DNA of 53,296 nt from a virus (lineage: Duplodnaviria > Caudoviricetes): IMG/VR virus record IMGVR_UViG_3300025769_000158, positions 1 to 53,296 of that record; one strand, 5' to 3'. The position numbers were made by a program, and so were the translations under genes. Shown here in pieces: positions 36,204-46,850 of this stretch; position 1 is the stretch's first letter, and the number at the start of each line of letters is the position of its first letter. The notes under the pieces are model-generated. The model was not told where the DNA came from, ran no database searches, and saw only the letters and a program-made list of their open reading frames with translations.

Positions 36204-39200
36204 TTATTTATTTGCAACACTTTGCACTCCCAAATTGCTGTGTAAAGTTTCGTTATTAAAGTGCATATTTACCGCAAACAATTCTATCTTATTACTAGAA
36301 TGTGAGCTTTGGAAATCTACCTTGCAATAGTAGTCTCTTAACTGATCGCCTTCCTCTTTCGCAGAAAGTGATAACACCACTATAGAGTTTACAGGTATAC
36401 TTGAGATTGAAGCACTTGCAGTAATCTTCTTTGATGTATCTACACTAGCAAGGTTTGCAGAAAGGCTTGTAAGCGTGCCCGCATTGTCGTAGTATAACGC
36501 TGCACCGATAGGGAGCGGTTGTGTATTCACCTTATTCTTAAATGTGATTTCCGTACCATTGGTTACCGCTGTAGCCGTCTCCCCAATAACAATATAATTT
36601 CCCGTCGAGTTTTGAGTATCTCTAGGAATAGAGGCTACAAACTCTCGCTCTCTTTCGTCGTAATCATTTACGGCAATAGTCGTTTGCTGATCGCTAGTTG
36701 AAAGCGTTGCGGACCACGCCTTGTTTCCTTCAATGCTAATAGTATCATATGATTTAACCGCACTAGCATCAAGGTTAGAGACAACCGAAAATTTAGCGGG
36801 GTAATTTACATTGTAGAATCGACCATATGTAGAATTTACCCCATGCTCCCACATCACTTGGGACTTATTATTATCAATACCATCCCCATAAAAAGAGAAA
36901 AACTTATCATTGATATTGCTATACAAGTTAGGCTTGAACGAATAAAAAGATGTCCACTGTTTCTTTTGATGGTCAAAGGCAACTGTAAACCCGGTATATG
37001 TAGATATGTCTTTTGATGTAATTACATATTCATCATTGTCGGGGTCATACCCAGCGACAATATCCATTTCAGTTTTATTAGAAACAATCAAGTACTCCGA
37101 AAACTTTGAATCAAAATAAGAGTCCATGTTGTTGTCGCTAATAGGATAGATACCATCTCTTGATATACGTAATACCTTTTGCGCTTTAACATCTACATAG
37201 TACATAATACCAAACCGCTCAACGATTGCCGCGGGGTATCCACTCGAACCAAAGTCACCGGCGTAGTATGAGGCAGTACCTAATACATTACTACTAACTA
37301 CAACATTACCATCCGTAAGTGTTTGGAGCAGTTGTCTATTTACTTGGGCGAATCCTACCTTGTGCTCTTGGAATATGTATAGCCTATCCGTCTGATCTAT
37401 TAGTCGATCAATTTTTCCATGACGTATATCATAGTCAACAAAGTTTGCTGTAGATACATTGAAAGAAGAAAGACTCAACTTGTCTCCATCAATGACGTAT
37501 GGATCAGAATAAGTAATACTAGCTCTTCGCCTTACTTCCCTAGCATCATCTAAAATAGCATGAGGTCGGCCACGGCTTGTATAGTCGGAATTAAAGAAGT
37601 CGCTATATGCATTTGATTCAACATATAAAACATCGTATTCATATCCGTCATAGTCGTCTTCATCATATTTACTAGCGCCACTATCAAATGGAGCAGATAG
37701 GATTTCTCTAGGTTTAAAGTATACGTCACCATCCTCAAGGATTACCACAGGAAACCCACCATCGGTAGTGTCACCAACGTGTGCTCCAGATACGATGTCG
37801 TACACCTCTCCTATTTCGTGGTAGACAATATCATTATTAACCTTTTTAGGAGACGCTATCTCTACAATAACTCTTTGGCCCCATTTGTCACTTCCCGCAA
37901 CAACGTCCGCAAGGCTCCAGTCGTCCAATGGCTTATTGCCATAGTCTTCATCTCTAATAACAACAAAGGTCGACTTACGAGGAGGAGTTACTTCAGCCGC
38001 AGTGGTCACTACTTCCTTACCTATGACAGCAAATTCATAACCATCGATATACTGACGTGTCTCGTTATCATCATAGTATGATACAATCCTTAATATATCA
38101 TTCTCACTATAGGTATAGTCAATGTTTGCTCCCCTATCGTTTACATATGAATTAGGCTTACCTTCTAATGGGAAGAGGTCTAGATAGATACTGTTCTGAC
38201 CCTCGTTGGTACTAGCGTCTGCAGTAAGTTTATGAGCACCACCAACACCAAACTGCAAAAAGTCGGTGTATGTTTCATTGCCTGCATATACAATTTGATA
38301 TTTCGTAGCCCATGAAGGTGGGTTGTGCTTAATCTTTAGATGTATCCTTACTCGTCCCTTATTTGTTGAACGGCTAGGATCAGCATAACCACCTACATAT
38401 ACGCCGTCAATCTTTTGAACGAATGAAGACCTTCCTTTATCATCGTAATACACAATGCCAAAACTGTGTATGGCGCTAGTTTTAAAACTAGTAATACCCG
38501 CTTCATAAGCATATTGTATATTGATAGGTAGGGTCATGTTGGTATGTAGAACATACTCAATATTTGCTGGGGGTATGCTTGTCGCTACCGTTGCGTTAGG
38601 GTCGTTAAATAAAGTTCCATTGACCGTAATCATACGCCAACCCGTAAGAGTGTTTAAATGAACCTTGGTTTGTAGGGTGACAATATCAAGGTCGATCTTG
38701 CGCTTTGATGTAACCGAATAAGCGGTGTCCTGATCAAAGTCAATCTCTATGCTAGGGAAATCTAACCCCATCTCTACCGGGTCACCCGGGTCATGGTTAT
38801 GGCCCGTGCCGTCCGATGTAATTACATATCCTGTGGCGTTGAAGTTAACTCCGTTATTTACATAGGAATAAGATATATTCTCCTCGGCATCTAGTTGGGA
38901 TGCTAACTCATCAAGTATCTCGTCCCTAGTCATAGTAACCGAAGGCACCACAGTTGCAGATAAGACTACTTGTCTATTGTAAAAAGGAACATCGACGTAT
39001 GAACCTACATCATTTGTTTTACCAACCCCCGCTGTAAAACTATGGGAACCGTCATCAAAACTCTCGCTAAATAAATAGGCCTCAACTTCAGCCTGCCTAG
39101 AAAGCCTAAACGCACCCGAAGGACCACCGGTTAATGTAACGCGCAGGGTTATGATAGCACCATCATTGTATGTCGAGGCCATAGAGGTCCCATCAATAAC

Positions 39201-40358
39201 TATATGACTAGGTCCCCCATTAGGTTGTTCTAGTGTTGCAGTGATTACCCCAGGGTCTTCTACAGTATCGTAGACTACCGATGAATCTACATTTATTGAG
39301 ATGTTGTTAAAGCCTTCAGTGTAATCGCCATACATAAGACGGTTGCCTGATATCGATTGGGCGTTGGCCTTGAGTGGGACATTGTCATATATCTTATCGA
39401 CTTCGGTAGTAGATACCGCTGGGTAGGAGCCATCATTAAAAAATGTAAATGTGCCAGTCGCAGTAGATGGATTATCAACCTCCCCTATCTTATAAAAAAC
39501 TGTAGAGCCACCTAGACGAGAAAGTATACGCACCTTCTTAACTTCACTGTCCCCACTTGTGAATGTTAGCGTAAGCTTGTTATTTAGTGTTTGAAAGGAA
39601 GTGTTTACCACACCCTCACCATACGTATTGGGATTGATTGCTAGTTTAGAATAAGTACTAATAGCACTGTTCTCCCCATCTTGATATATATATTGATAAG
39701 CAAATTGAAAAGACTTGTCAATAAGGTTGTTTTGCAAGTAGTTGGTGTCGGTAGAATACTCAAAGGTTATAGGCTCGAGCGGTGGTGATTTACATACCTC
39801 TAAAAATTCTTTACGCTCGTCATCGCTATAGTAGTTCAATCCGTCAGGATCAGCCCATATATCACTTTTATCCGCAATTGCTCTATCAACATTTATCTTT
39901 CTTGGAGGATTAAATCCGTCAGTAAAGTACACCAAGGTTTCATCCTTGTCGTTGAATACAACATTAGCCTCTATGAAGGTGTTGTCTTGAAAGTTTAATA
40001 CACTACTTTGAAATATACGCTCATAGTTTCGTGATTCAACATCGTACTTATAGATAGTGTCTACACCGGCTAGTTGAGCGTTAGAGGTCACATGAACAAA
40101 AAAGATTATCTGTTGCTTCTTTGCAATAGATACTTGACCAAGAACTTGGTATACATCGGAGTCTATTTCAAAGGGCAGTTCATCGTTTATGTTTGCAGCG
40201 AGTACCGCTTGATTTCCCTTGATAGTTTTCAATATACCAGCATCGCCGTCATCGTCCGAGGAGATGCGGATATTCTCTGCATTGGTCATCTCAACAGCCT
40301 TGACGAGTCTTTCATCGTCGGACTTATTGAGGTATTGTGGTACAATCTTGTTTATCAT
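36204..40358 (-). CDS. tail muzzle/stabilization protein (crAss-like)
   Basis: 1,384 aa; LNKSDDER, FTDGFNPPRKIN, FAYQYIYQDGENSA, GNRLMYGDY, WTSFYSF. Confidence 0.85.
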   Translation of the reverse strand: MINKIVPQYLNKSDDERLVKAVEMTNAENIRISSDDDGDAGILKTIKGNQAVLAANINDELPFEIDSDVYQVLGQVSIAKKQQIIFFVHVTSNAQLAGVDTIYKYDVESRNYERIFQSSVLNFQDNTFIEANVVFNDKDETLVYFTDGFNPPRKINVDRAIADKSDIWADPDGLNYYSDDERKEFLEVCKSPPLEPITFEYSTDTNYLQNNLIDKSFQFAYQYIYQDGENSAISTYSKLAINPNTYGEGVVNTSFQTLNNKLTLTFTSGDSEVKKVRILSRLGGSTVFYKIGEVDNPSTATGTFTFFNDGSYPAVSTTEVDKIYDNVPLKANAQSISGNRLMYGDYTEGFNNISINVDSSVVYDTVEDPGVITATLEQPNGGPSHIVIDGTSMASTYNDGAIITLRVTLTGGPSGAFRLSRQAEVEAYLFSESFDDGSHSFTAGVGKTNDVGSYVDVPFYNRQVVLSATVVPSVTMTRDEILDELASQLDAEENISYSYVNNGVNFNATGYVITSDGTGHNHDPGDPVEMGLDFPSIEIDFDQDTAYSVTSKRKIDLDIVTLQTKVHLNTLTGWRMITVNGTLFNDPNATVATSIPPANIEYVLHTNMTLPINIQYAYEAGITSFKTSAIHSFGIVYYDDKGRSSFVQKIDGVYVGGYADPSRSTNKGRVRIHLKIKHNPPSWATKYQIVYAGNETYTDFLQFGVGGAHKLTADASTNEGQNSIYLDLFPLEGKPNSYVNDRGANIDYTYSENDILRIVSYYDDNETRQYIDGYEFAVIGKEVVTTAAEVTPPRKSTFVVIRDEDYGNKPLDDWSLADVVAGSDKWGQRVIVEIASPKKVNNDIVYHEIGEVYDIVSGAHVGDTTDGGFPVVILEDGDVYFKPREILSAPFDSGASKYDEDDYDGYEYDVLYVESNAYSDFFNSDYTSRGRPHAILDDAREVRRRASITYSDPYVIDGDKLSLSSFNVSTANFVDYDIRHGKIDRLIDQTDRLYIFQEHKVGFAQVNRQLLQTLTDGNVVVSSNVLGTASYYAGDFGSSGYPAAIVERFGIMYYVDVKAQKVLRISRDGIYPISDNNMDSYFDSKFSEYLIVSNKTEMDIVAGYDPDNDEYVITSKDISTYTGFTVAFDHQKKQWTSFYSFKPNLYSNINDKFFSFYGDGIDNNKSQVMWEHGVNSTYGRFYNVNYPAKFSVVSNLDASAVKSYDTISIEGNKAWSATLSTSDQQTTIAVNDYDEREREFVASIPRDTQNSTGNYIVIGETATAVTNGTEITFKNKVNTQPLPIGAALYYDNAGTLTSLSANLASVDTSKKITASASISSIPVNSIVVLSLSAKEEGDQLRDYYCKVDFQSSHSSNKIELFAVNMHFNNETLHSNLGVQSVANK

Positions 40359-41185
40359 TAGAATTTAGGAGATTGCTTAAAGTTCTTACGAATCGTTTTA
40401 AGTGCTTCGTCCTTGCCAAACGATTTCATTCTAGAATTAGCGAGTCTTCTTTCGTTGTAGTATTCTTGTCGTGCTCTTGCCTTCTCACCCAATGGAACAT
40501 CAGACTTCTTCTCAATAGACTTAAAGTATATGTATGAGCGTAAAGCAGATTCCATATAAATGTGTACCGAAGGATTTTTACTACGACCTTCATCACAAAC
40601 ATATTCCATGACGATTTCGCTAATGTCTTCACCAGCACTTAATTCAATGCGATTTTGATCGAGGTTAATTCTATATTCCCCGGTATATACTCCACCACCT
40701 AAACCATAGAGCGCACCCATGGTGTTTTCGTACAAGTAGTTTCTAAATACGTAAGAGTCGTATCCTCTTAATCCGTCGTACTCTACAGTAGGGCTATCTA
40801 CATCTACACGGTCATACACACCATCGTTATCGCTGTCACTTGCATTTGCAGCAACAAGGTCGTTACCGGCACTAACATCATACTTCTGTGCGATATGTAG
40901 GTTTTTGTTTTCTCCGTATACATAGACTAGACCATCCGCACCAATGACACCTATCTTTACTAGGTCGACATAATCGTCGGGCAGTTCAACCGTATTGTTG
41001 GCACTGTTTATAGAAAGCTTTAGAGAACGGATTCTGTTGGACATGTCAAAGCCCATCTCACGAATTCCCCTCTTCGCATAAGTTCTAATTAATGTATCAG
41101 AAGCATTGTTGCCATAGTCATCACCTTCCATGGTGATGATATAATCACTAACAATCTGATCTAACGTGGTGTAATTACGAGCCAT
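40358..41185 (-). CDS. tail ring/adaptor protein
   Basis: LPDDYV motif; sits upstream of the muzzle. Confidence 0.7.
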   Translation of the reverse strand: MARNYTTLDQIVSDYIITMEGDDYGNNASDTLIRTYAKRGIREMGFDMSNRIRSLKLSINSANNTVELPDDYVDLVKIGVIGADGLVYVYGENKNLHIAQKYDVSAGNDLVAANASDSDNDGVYDRVDVDSPTVEYDGLRGYDSYVFRNYLYENTMGALYGLGGGVYTGEYRINLDQNRIELSAGEDISEIVMEYVCDEGRSKNPSVHIYMESALRSYIYFKSIEKKSDVPLGEKARARQEYYNERRLANSRMKSFGKDEALKTIRKNFKQSPKF

Positions 41186-41922
41186 TATTTAGCTTTTTTA
41201 ATTTCTTCGGACTGCCCATAAGTATATACGTCCTTGTCGCGAAGGTTAATACCTATTAGTTTAGCAAGCTCACTTACTAGTTCAGGGACATAGTGATCAG
41301 GCAATTCAAAGTCGATACTAGTTGCTGGGTTGTTAATGTTCACACCATTTGTTGTGGTGTATCCATACGATGGGAGGCTTACTGATTTCGCCCCGGTAGT
41401 TGGTACAATACCTTGCGGGTACTTATAGTAAGACACTCTAATATTGCTAATAGTCGTAGGGAACACTTCTATATCACCAGAGACTAAAGCAATAGGATGG
41501 GATGCGCTTGGCGCAGAAAGGTCACTCTTAAGTATATGATCGATTTTTGATTCGTCGTATACCACCTCGATATTTGTGCGTGTACTTTGATTCATGATTA
41601 CACTTCCTATAGTCGTAACACCTATGAGGTAAATCATGTCATCAGGCTTTTGAAATACACCGTTCACACGACCTATGTTCATCGTCTTTGCAAATACAGA
41701 GAGGTCCTCTTTTGCATTGTTTAATTTAGAAAAGTTTCTACCCTCATCTATTCTACGAAGTCTTTTAACAAGTCCTTCGGAGGATGAATCATAGATTTTT
41801 CTAAAAACATTTATCTGTGCTAATTGCGCAAAATTATTAAACACGCTAGGCGTAACAAATCCCTTTTGTTCTTTGTTAGCCAAATCTTTTAATGTATTGT
41901 AAACGACACTGACGCTTGCCAT
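41185..41922 (-). CDS. tail ring/tubular protein
   Basis: LANKEQ.G.VTP..FN..A..AQ, YYKYP and DFELP motifs of crAss-like ring proteins. Confidence 0.7.
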   Translation of the reverse strand: MASVSVVYNTLKDLANKEQKGFVTPSVFNNFAQLAQINVFRKIYDSSSEGLVKRLRRIDEGRNFSKLNNAKEDLSVFAKTMNIGRVNGVFQKPDDMIYLIGVTTIGSVIMNQSTRTNIEVVYDESKIDHILKSDLSAPSASHPIALVSGDIEVFPTTISNIRVSYYKYPQGIVPTTGAKSVSLPSYGYTTTNGVNINNPATSIDFELPDHYVPELVSELAKLIGINLRDKDVYTYGQSEEIKKAK

Positions 41923-41942
41923 ATGCTTGAAATATTGTTTTA

Positions 41943-41982
41943 CAAATATACCAAAAAGAAAGGGGCGGTATTGACCGCCCCC
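41943..41982 (-). terminator. intrinsic terminator immediately followed by a TATATTTG promoter
   Basis: ggggcggt-attg-accgcccc hairpin with an A-rich tail; caaatata at 41943-41950. Confidence 0.8.
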
Positions 41983-42010
41983 CTCTACATCGCTAACATG
42001 AGTGTAAGTG

Positions 42011-42892
42011 TTAGAGTCTTGATACTTTTTGTTCTAACTCACCTAGTACTAAAGAGCCTTTCTCTGTCATACAAAAGCGTGTAAGAACATCTACGCTATC
42101 TTGACCAACAGGCGTAGAAACAATTAATCGACCACTATCAAACCAATATGAACCGTTCTCATCGGTCTTAATGATTTGATACATCTCGGCAGTCTTTATC
42201 GTAGAGCGTACACCAACAACGGGGTTGTCAAATGCACTAATGAATTCAGCAGGGTTTGAACGTGCCTCTTGCAAAAGGTCAAAACGAATCTCGCTACTTG
42301 GTCGATCGATACTCATATTGTAGAACATTGCGATAGGGAGCAGTTCTTCAATGTGTTTGTCGCGTACCATTTGCACAGCGTCAAGTGTTTGGAATTCGTT
42401 GTTGAGTTGTTCTTCCGCAGTCTTTGCGTTGTCAACCAATTCAAATCGATTGCCGCCATTAGCCTTGTTGCCCGGGTGCTTTGATAGATACTCAATTAGG
42501 TTGGGCTTTGTATAAGGAACATATAACAATCCGTCACGGAACATGATATGCTCGCGTTGCGCAAATTGACTTTGCTCATCACGCCATACGGACTGTTCAT
42601 TAGGGCAGTATCGCAATTCGCGAATCGTGTTTTTCCCCTGATCATAAACAGTAACTCCTGTTTGGGGAAGAGAGTATACAATACCTCCACCTGAAATCAC
42701 ACGGTATAGTTTATCTTTTTTCTCCCATGAATCCGTAGGAGTTTTTACCGTAGGTGGGGTTGTTTTTTTAGGGGTAGGAATCTCTTCGATTGAAGAAGAG
42801 ATATCAATAGACGGGGAGTTTTTTCTTGGTCTCCCTCCAGTTTTTTTTGGAGCAGTAGTTGCCATTGTTAAAGTAATTAAATTAAAATCCAA
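42011..42892 (-). CDS. conserved head-associated protein downstream of MCP
   Basis: 293 aa (likely MATTAP start); RELRYCPNEQS...F.DG.L.V...HP.N. Confidence 0.65.
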   Translation of the reverse strand: MDFNLITLTMATTAPKKTGGRPRKNSPSIDISSSIEEIPTPKKTTPPTVKTPTDSWEKKDKLYRVISGGGIVYSLPQTGVTVYDQGKNTIRELRYCPNEQSVWRDEQSQFAQREHIMFRDGLLYVPYTKPNLIEYLSKHPGNKANGGNRFELVDNAKTAEEQLNNEFQTLDAVQMVRDKHIEELLPIAMFYNMSIDRPSSEIRFDLLQEARSNPAEFISAFDNPVVGVRSTIKTAEMYQIIKTDENGSYWFDSGRLIVSTPVGQDSVDVLTRFCMTEKGSLVLGELEQKVSRL

Positions 42893-42894
42893 TA

Positions 42895-42929
42895 AAATAA
42901 AAAAGATAAGGGGAGGAAACCCTCCCCCT
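42895..42929 (-). terminator. intrinsic terminator after MCP
   Basis: aggggagg-aaac-cctcccc hairpin with an A-rich tail on plus. Confidence 0.75.
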
Positions 42930-42940
42930 ATCCTAGGTGA

Positions 42941-44305
42941 TTATGCTGTAATCAAAGCGTGGCGGTTAGCACCACGAGTGACCAAACATACTTCAGAGCG
43001 GTAGTTAAACTGCGCGAAGTCATTTCCGTCAGTACTAGCACCCAAAACAGAACCTGTAATCCAGTGCTCCATCTCGCGAGAGTATCCGTTAGAAGCCTTG
43101 TAGTTCAACTCCAATGATGGGTTGCGGTCTCCACTTTGTGGGTCAACCACAGTAGAAAGAGGAATTGCAGCACCAACAAATTCTTGAGCAGAACCTAACA
43201 ATGTTGGGTCGTTCAACAATTTCCAGTCATGCTTGTGGAAAGTGTAACCACCACGAGTGAATGACTTGAATCCTAATTTAACAGCCATGTCAGAGTCGTT
43301 GTTAAACGCACCGAAGTTAGCCGCTAAACCTGTAGTCGTACCACCAGAAGCAGTGTGACCCGCTGCTGCCAACATATCGTCGATAGCCAAGTCTTGAGTA
43401 CGGTTTACATATAGAGCGTATTCTGGGTTTGCACCTTGCTTGTCAAACTCTTTGATAAGAGCATCGAAGTCAGTCAATGCAGTCATTGCTCCACCTGTAA
43501 CATTGATACCGCGATCAGCGATAGCCGCGAAGTAACCTTCAGAACCAGAGATACCGCTCAATGCTGCATCGTTTTGAGTTACTTTTTGACCTAACAACAT
43601 CATCATTTCACGCTTGTCCATGAAACGCTGACGAGTGTCTGCTTCGTTTTTCAAGTACCAACGGTAATCTCCGTTACCCAAGTTAATCCAACCGATGTTG
43701 GTTGCTTGAGAACCAGATACTTTGTATACTTCTTTCAAGATCATGTAATCGTTTGTACGCTTGATTACGTTGCTCTCGAAGAACTCGCTAGGCTGATCTG
43801 TACCTTGTGCGTACAAGTTACCAATGATTGCGAACTCACCGCTACCTACAGCAATTTCAGGAAGATTAGACTCCAACAAGTGCTTGATAACAAAAGAAGT
43901 ACCAGGAGTTGTAGCAGAAACGTAAGCACGCTCACCAGCAGGAAGCAATACAACATCACCAACGCGAACATTAGTATCGTTACTACCTACAGTAACTGTT
44001 TGTGATTCACCCGCAGCAATAGCCGAGCCTGACACAGTGTACTTCTGTACTTGGTGAAGACGAGTTTCTTCCCACCATTGTACTTGGTCGTTTGTACCAG
44101 CAGCCTTAACTGCTCCAGTCAACTTCAAGAAACCAGTGATACCTTGGTCACCGAAGGTCTTTACCAACAAGTCACGGTTATCCGGCTTGTTAATTTCGTC
44201 AATGTAATCGCCCAACGCTGAATACTTGTCAATCGTTGCGCGGCGAATGTTGCCCTGTGATGGGCTGTCGGCATCGTTAAATGCGCCTGTAATTCCAAAA
44301 GCCAT
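42941..44305 (-). CDS. major capsid protein (crAss-like HK97 fold)
   Basis: 454 aa with strongly biased codons; WWEE.RL, VSGSQ, SEG.FAAI..RG, GFKSFTRGGYTFHKHDW; follows the scaffold. Confidence 0.88.
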   Translation of the reverse strand: MAFGITGAFNDADSPSQGNIRRATIDKYSALGDYIDEINKPDNRDLLVKTFGDQGITGFLKLTGAVKAAGTNDQVQWWEETRLHQVQKYTVSGSAIAAGESQTVTVGSNDTNVRVGDVVLLPAGERAYVSATTPGTSFVIKHLLESNLPEIAVGSGEFAIIGNLYAQGTDQPSEFFESNVIKRTNDYMILKEVYKVSGSQATNIGWINLGNGDYRWYLKNEADTRQRFMDKREMMMLLGQKVTQNDAALSGISGSEGYFAAIADRGINVTGGAMTALTDFDALIKEFDKQGANPEYALYVNRTQDLAIDDMLAAAGHTASGGTTTGLAANFGAFNNDSDMAVKLGFKSFTRGGYTFHKHDWKLLNDPTLLGSAQEFVGAAIPLSTVVDPQSGDRNPSLELNYKASNGYSREMEHWITGSVLGASTDGNDFAQFNYRSEVCLVTRGANRHALITA

Positions 44306-44325
44306 AATATTTTATTTAGGCGTTA

Positions 44326-45420
44326 TTATTTAAATCGCATCAAGGAATCCCCACCTTTAAATAGGGCGTCCATGATTTGTTTCTCTACTTGATTTGTTTC
44401 TTTACTTTGTTGATTTGGGCTAGAGGCGTCAATGTTTGCTGCTTTCTCAACGATTTTCTTTTGTCCTTTACCTAGTCCATATTGGTAGGCAGCCCGAACA
44501 ATGTTCTCGATATTATCGACAACTGCTCTATGAGAACTCAACAACTCATGATTCCACTCTCCGTTATCATTAACATAAGGATCGAAGTACTCATCAAGTC
44601 GAGTGTTTTTGTCCTTTAGTTGATTCTTGTATGAATCTTCCAACGAGAAGGTAAACTCTTCTCCTTTTCCTAATTCAAATGTGAGTCCCTCCATATTGTC
44701 AACTATTGACGACATAGAAGAAATCCAATTATCATCTATTGGACTTTGAACCTCTTGAGCAGTTTCTTGCTTTGCGGGGAGCTTGAATCCATTTCGGACA
44801 TTGTCAATCTCTTCCCTCGCCGCTTTCGCATCTAGTTTCAATTGGAGTTTAGAATACTCAACGTCTTCCGAATCAAATCGGTCTTCGTCAAGTTTATACT
44901 TTCGTCCAATCAAAAGGTCTAGTTCCGTTTGATTAAGATCAGGATTCTGTTGGGCAAGACTAATCCGTACCACAGTCATGTCATCCATTTCGGATGGGTT
45001 GAGCTGTTGATATCGGAACCAATCTTCAGGGCTACGCCCGGTTTGCTCTACAAAATCAGCAATTACCTTAATCGCTTCTGGCAACTCATTTGGTTCACTT
45101 TGAGTAGAAGTTGACTGGACATCTTCCCATGATTCATGGTTCACGCCGAATTTCTCATTGTAGTATTGTAGAAACAATGAGTCGATGTCTACATCTTCTT
45201 CTTCCTCGTTTGTCAAAGAACTTTCCGTTTTAGCAACGGGTTGCTCAATATCTTCTTGTACCTGCTCCTGTACGTTTTCTTGTACAGGTTCTTGTACAAC
45301 TTCTTCTTTTTGTTGCGACTCTTGAGGTTGTGCTTCAGATTCAAAATTAGGGTCGTCACTTATTTGAACGCCCATTGCTTCTGCAGCCTGCTCAAGTGAA
45401 GATTGAACTGAACTAGCCAT
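44326..45420 (-). CDS. putative scaffolding protein
   Basis: Highly acidic 364 aa directly upstream of MCP; TATATTTG promoter at 45444-45451. Confidence 0.7.
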   Translation of the reverse strand: MASSVQSSLEQAAEAMGVQISDDPNFESEAQPQESQQKEEVVQEPVQENVQEQVQEDIEQPVAKTESSLTNEEEEDVDIDSLFLQYYNEKFGVNHESWEDVQSTSTQSEPNELPEAIKVIADFVEQTGRSPEDWFRYQQLNPSEMDDMTVVRISLAQQNPDLNQTELDLLIGRKYKLDEDRFDSEDVEYSKLQLKLDAKAAREEIDNVRNGFKLPAKQETAQEVQSPIDDNWISSMSSIVDNMEGLTFELGKGEEFTFSLEDSYKNQLKDKNTRLDEYFDPYVNDNGEWNHELLSSHRAVVDNIENIVRAAYQYGLGKGQKKIVEKAANIDASSPNQQSKETNQVEKQIMDALFKGGDSLMRFK

Positions 45421-45544
45421 ATGGATAAATTTAAATTATGTTACAAATATACCTATTCTACAATTTTTTTTAGAGGGGGTGTTGTATATGTGGAAAAGTA
45501 TTGTTAGTATTGTTAATATAATTAACCAATTAAATTCAATAATC

Positions 45545-45919
45545 ATGAAAAAGATGTTGTTAGTCGTCGCGACTATCTTCGCGACACAGTCAAGTTCCCA
45601 AGAACTTTTTAAAGAAGAACGTGTAATTCACGGCATTACCTACCTCGCTACATTCAATACACCTACAAAGGCCGTGTACGTGCAACAAGACTACTTCGAC
45701 TTTACACTCGCGGCAGACAGTTTCTACGTCCAAGTTATGACTGATCTAGAGTGGGACGCGTTTAGAACATACTTAATGGTTGAAGAGGATGCTTTCTTTA
45801 GAAACGGTTTATACCACCTTCCAGATAATAGACAGGTGTTTAACACCGGGAAGAAAGATGATTTCTTTGACGGCACGTACATCTACCAACTTTTTGGTTC
45901 TGTAGATACTAGTCAATAG
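45545..45919 (+). CDS. secreted/periplasmic protein (moron-like)
   Basis: Signal-peptide-like MKKMLLVVATIFATQSSSQ; lone plus-strand gene in the late region with its own terminator. Confidence 0.7.
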   Translation: MKKMLLVVATIFATQSSSQELFKEERVIHGITYLATFNTPTKAVYVQQDYFDFTLAADSFYVQVMTDLEWDAFRTYLMVEEDAFFRNGLYHLPDNRQVFNTGKKDDFFDGTYIYQLFGSVDTSQ

Positions 45920-45946
45920 GTTTGGTTTGTTATTTCGGCTAGTATC

Positions 45947-45983
45947 AAAAAGAAGAGGGGCTTGCGCCCCTCTTTTTATTTTT
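45947..45983. terminator. bidirectional intrinsic terminator
   Basis: aagaggggc-ttgc-gcccctctt flanked by A- and T-runs between convergent genes. Confidence 0.85.
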
Positions 45984-46830
45984 CGTCTCCTTCACCGTAT
46001 TTTCTTCGCCACTCATCAACAGCAGCCATACGAGCGTCTTGGTATACACCTTTTTGTTTTGCCATCTCGACGACCTCATCATACGAACCCATGCCCATAT
46101 TGTTGCCATCGGTAACGGCGTATTTACCTCCAACACCGGCCTTACGTAATGCCTCCATAAGGTAGCTTTTGGTAATCATCTCTAGGTCTTTTAAGGCTTC
46201 GGATTTCTTTTTAGGATCGTCATCAACCATCCCCCCGTCTTCGTATTTAGAGAGTAGGCTCTTTGCCATCTCACGTTGTTTCGGGTCATCTAGCAATGCT
46301 TTTAACATACCACCGCTAGCATACATTTCTTTCATTGAGCCACCCTTACCGTATTCGGTCATGCCTCCTTTGGAATATTTTACTTTCATTTTACCTCCGT
46401 TTTCAAATCTTTTATTTCGTTTTCCTTTTTTGTTTTCTCTTGACGCAGCCTCTTCTCTCATGCGTTGCACATCTGGGTCATCATCAAATGGATCAGAACC
46501 ACCAAACATGCTAGAGCCAAATTCACTGTCAAACGAATCCATTAGACTTGGTGCTTTCACTTCCTTAAGAGCTGGGTCTACAGAATAAGAATCCATAGCC
46601 TCATTGCTTTTGTGAGCTTTAGCATTAAGGAACTTCTCAACTTGTTCCGCTCTTTGAAATAAGTCTAGGTCTGGAAACTCTTTTACCAAGTACTCATCAA
46701 AAGCGATTAAGCGATCAGCCTCTTCACCCATGAAATGCATATCGCCTATCTTATAGGTAGACCTACTTTCTGGTGAAGTCTTTGGTGGATCGACTGGGCT
46801 TTTACCTCCCTTGTTGTATTTTACTTTCAT
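45976..46830 (-). CDS. protein with repeated (Y/F)xxGG motifs; putative internal head protein
   Basis: YNKGG, FENGG, YSKGG, YGKGG, YASGG, YEDGG. Confidence 0.65.
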   Translation of the reverse strand: MKVKYNKGGKSPVDPPKTSPESRSTYKIGDMHFMGEEADRLIAFDEYLVKEFPDLDLFQRAEQVEKFLNAKAHKSNEAMDSYSVDPALKEVKAPSLMDSFDSEFGSSMFGGSDPFDDDPDVQRMREEAASRENKKGKRNKRFENGGKMKVKYSKGGMTEYGKGGSMKEMYASGGMLKALLDDPKQREMAKSLLSKYEDGGMVDDDPKKKSEALKDLEMITKSYLMEALRKAGVGGKYAVTDGNNMGMGSYDEVVEMAKQKGVYQDARMAAVDEWRRKYGEGDEK

Positions 46831-46850
46831 AAGACAAAAATAAGAATTAT

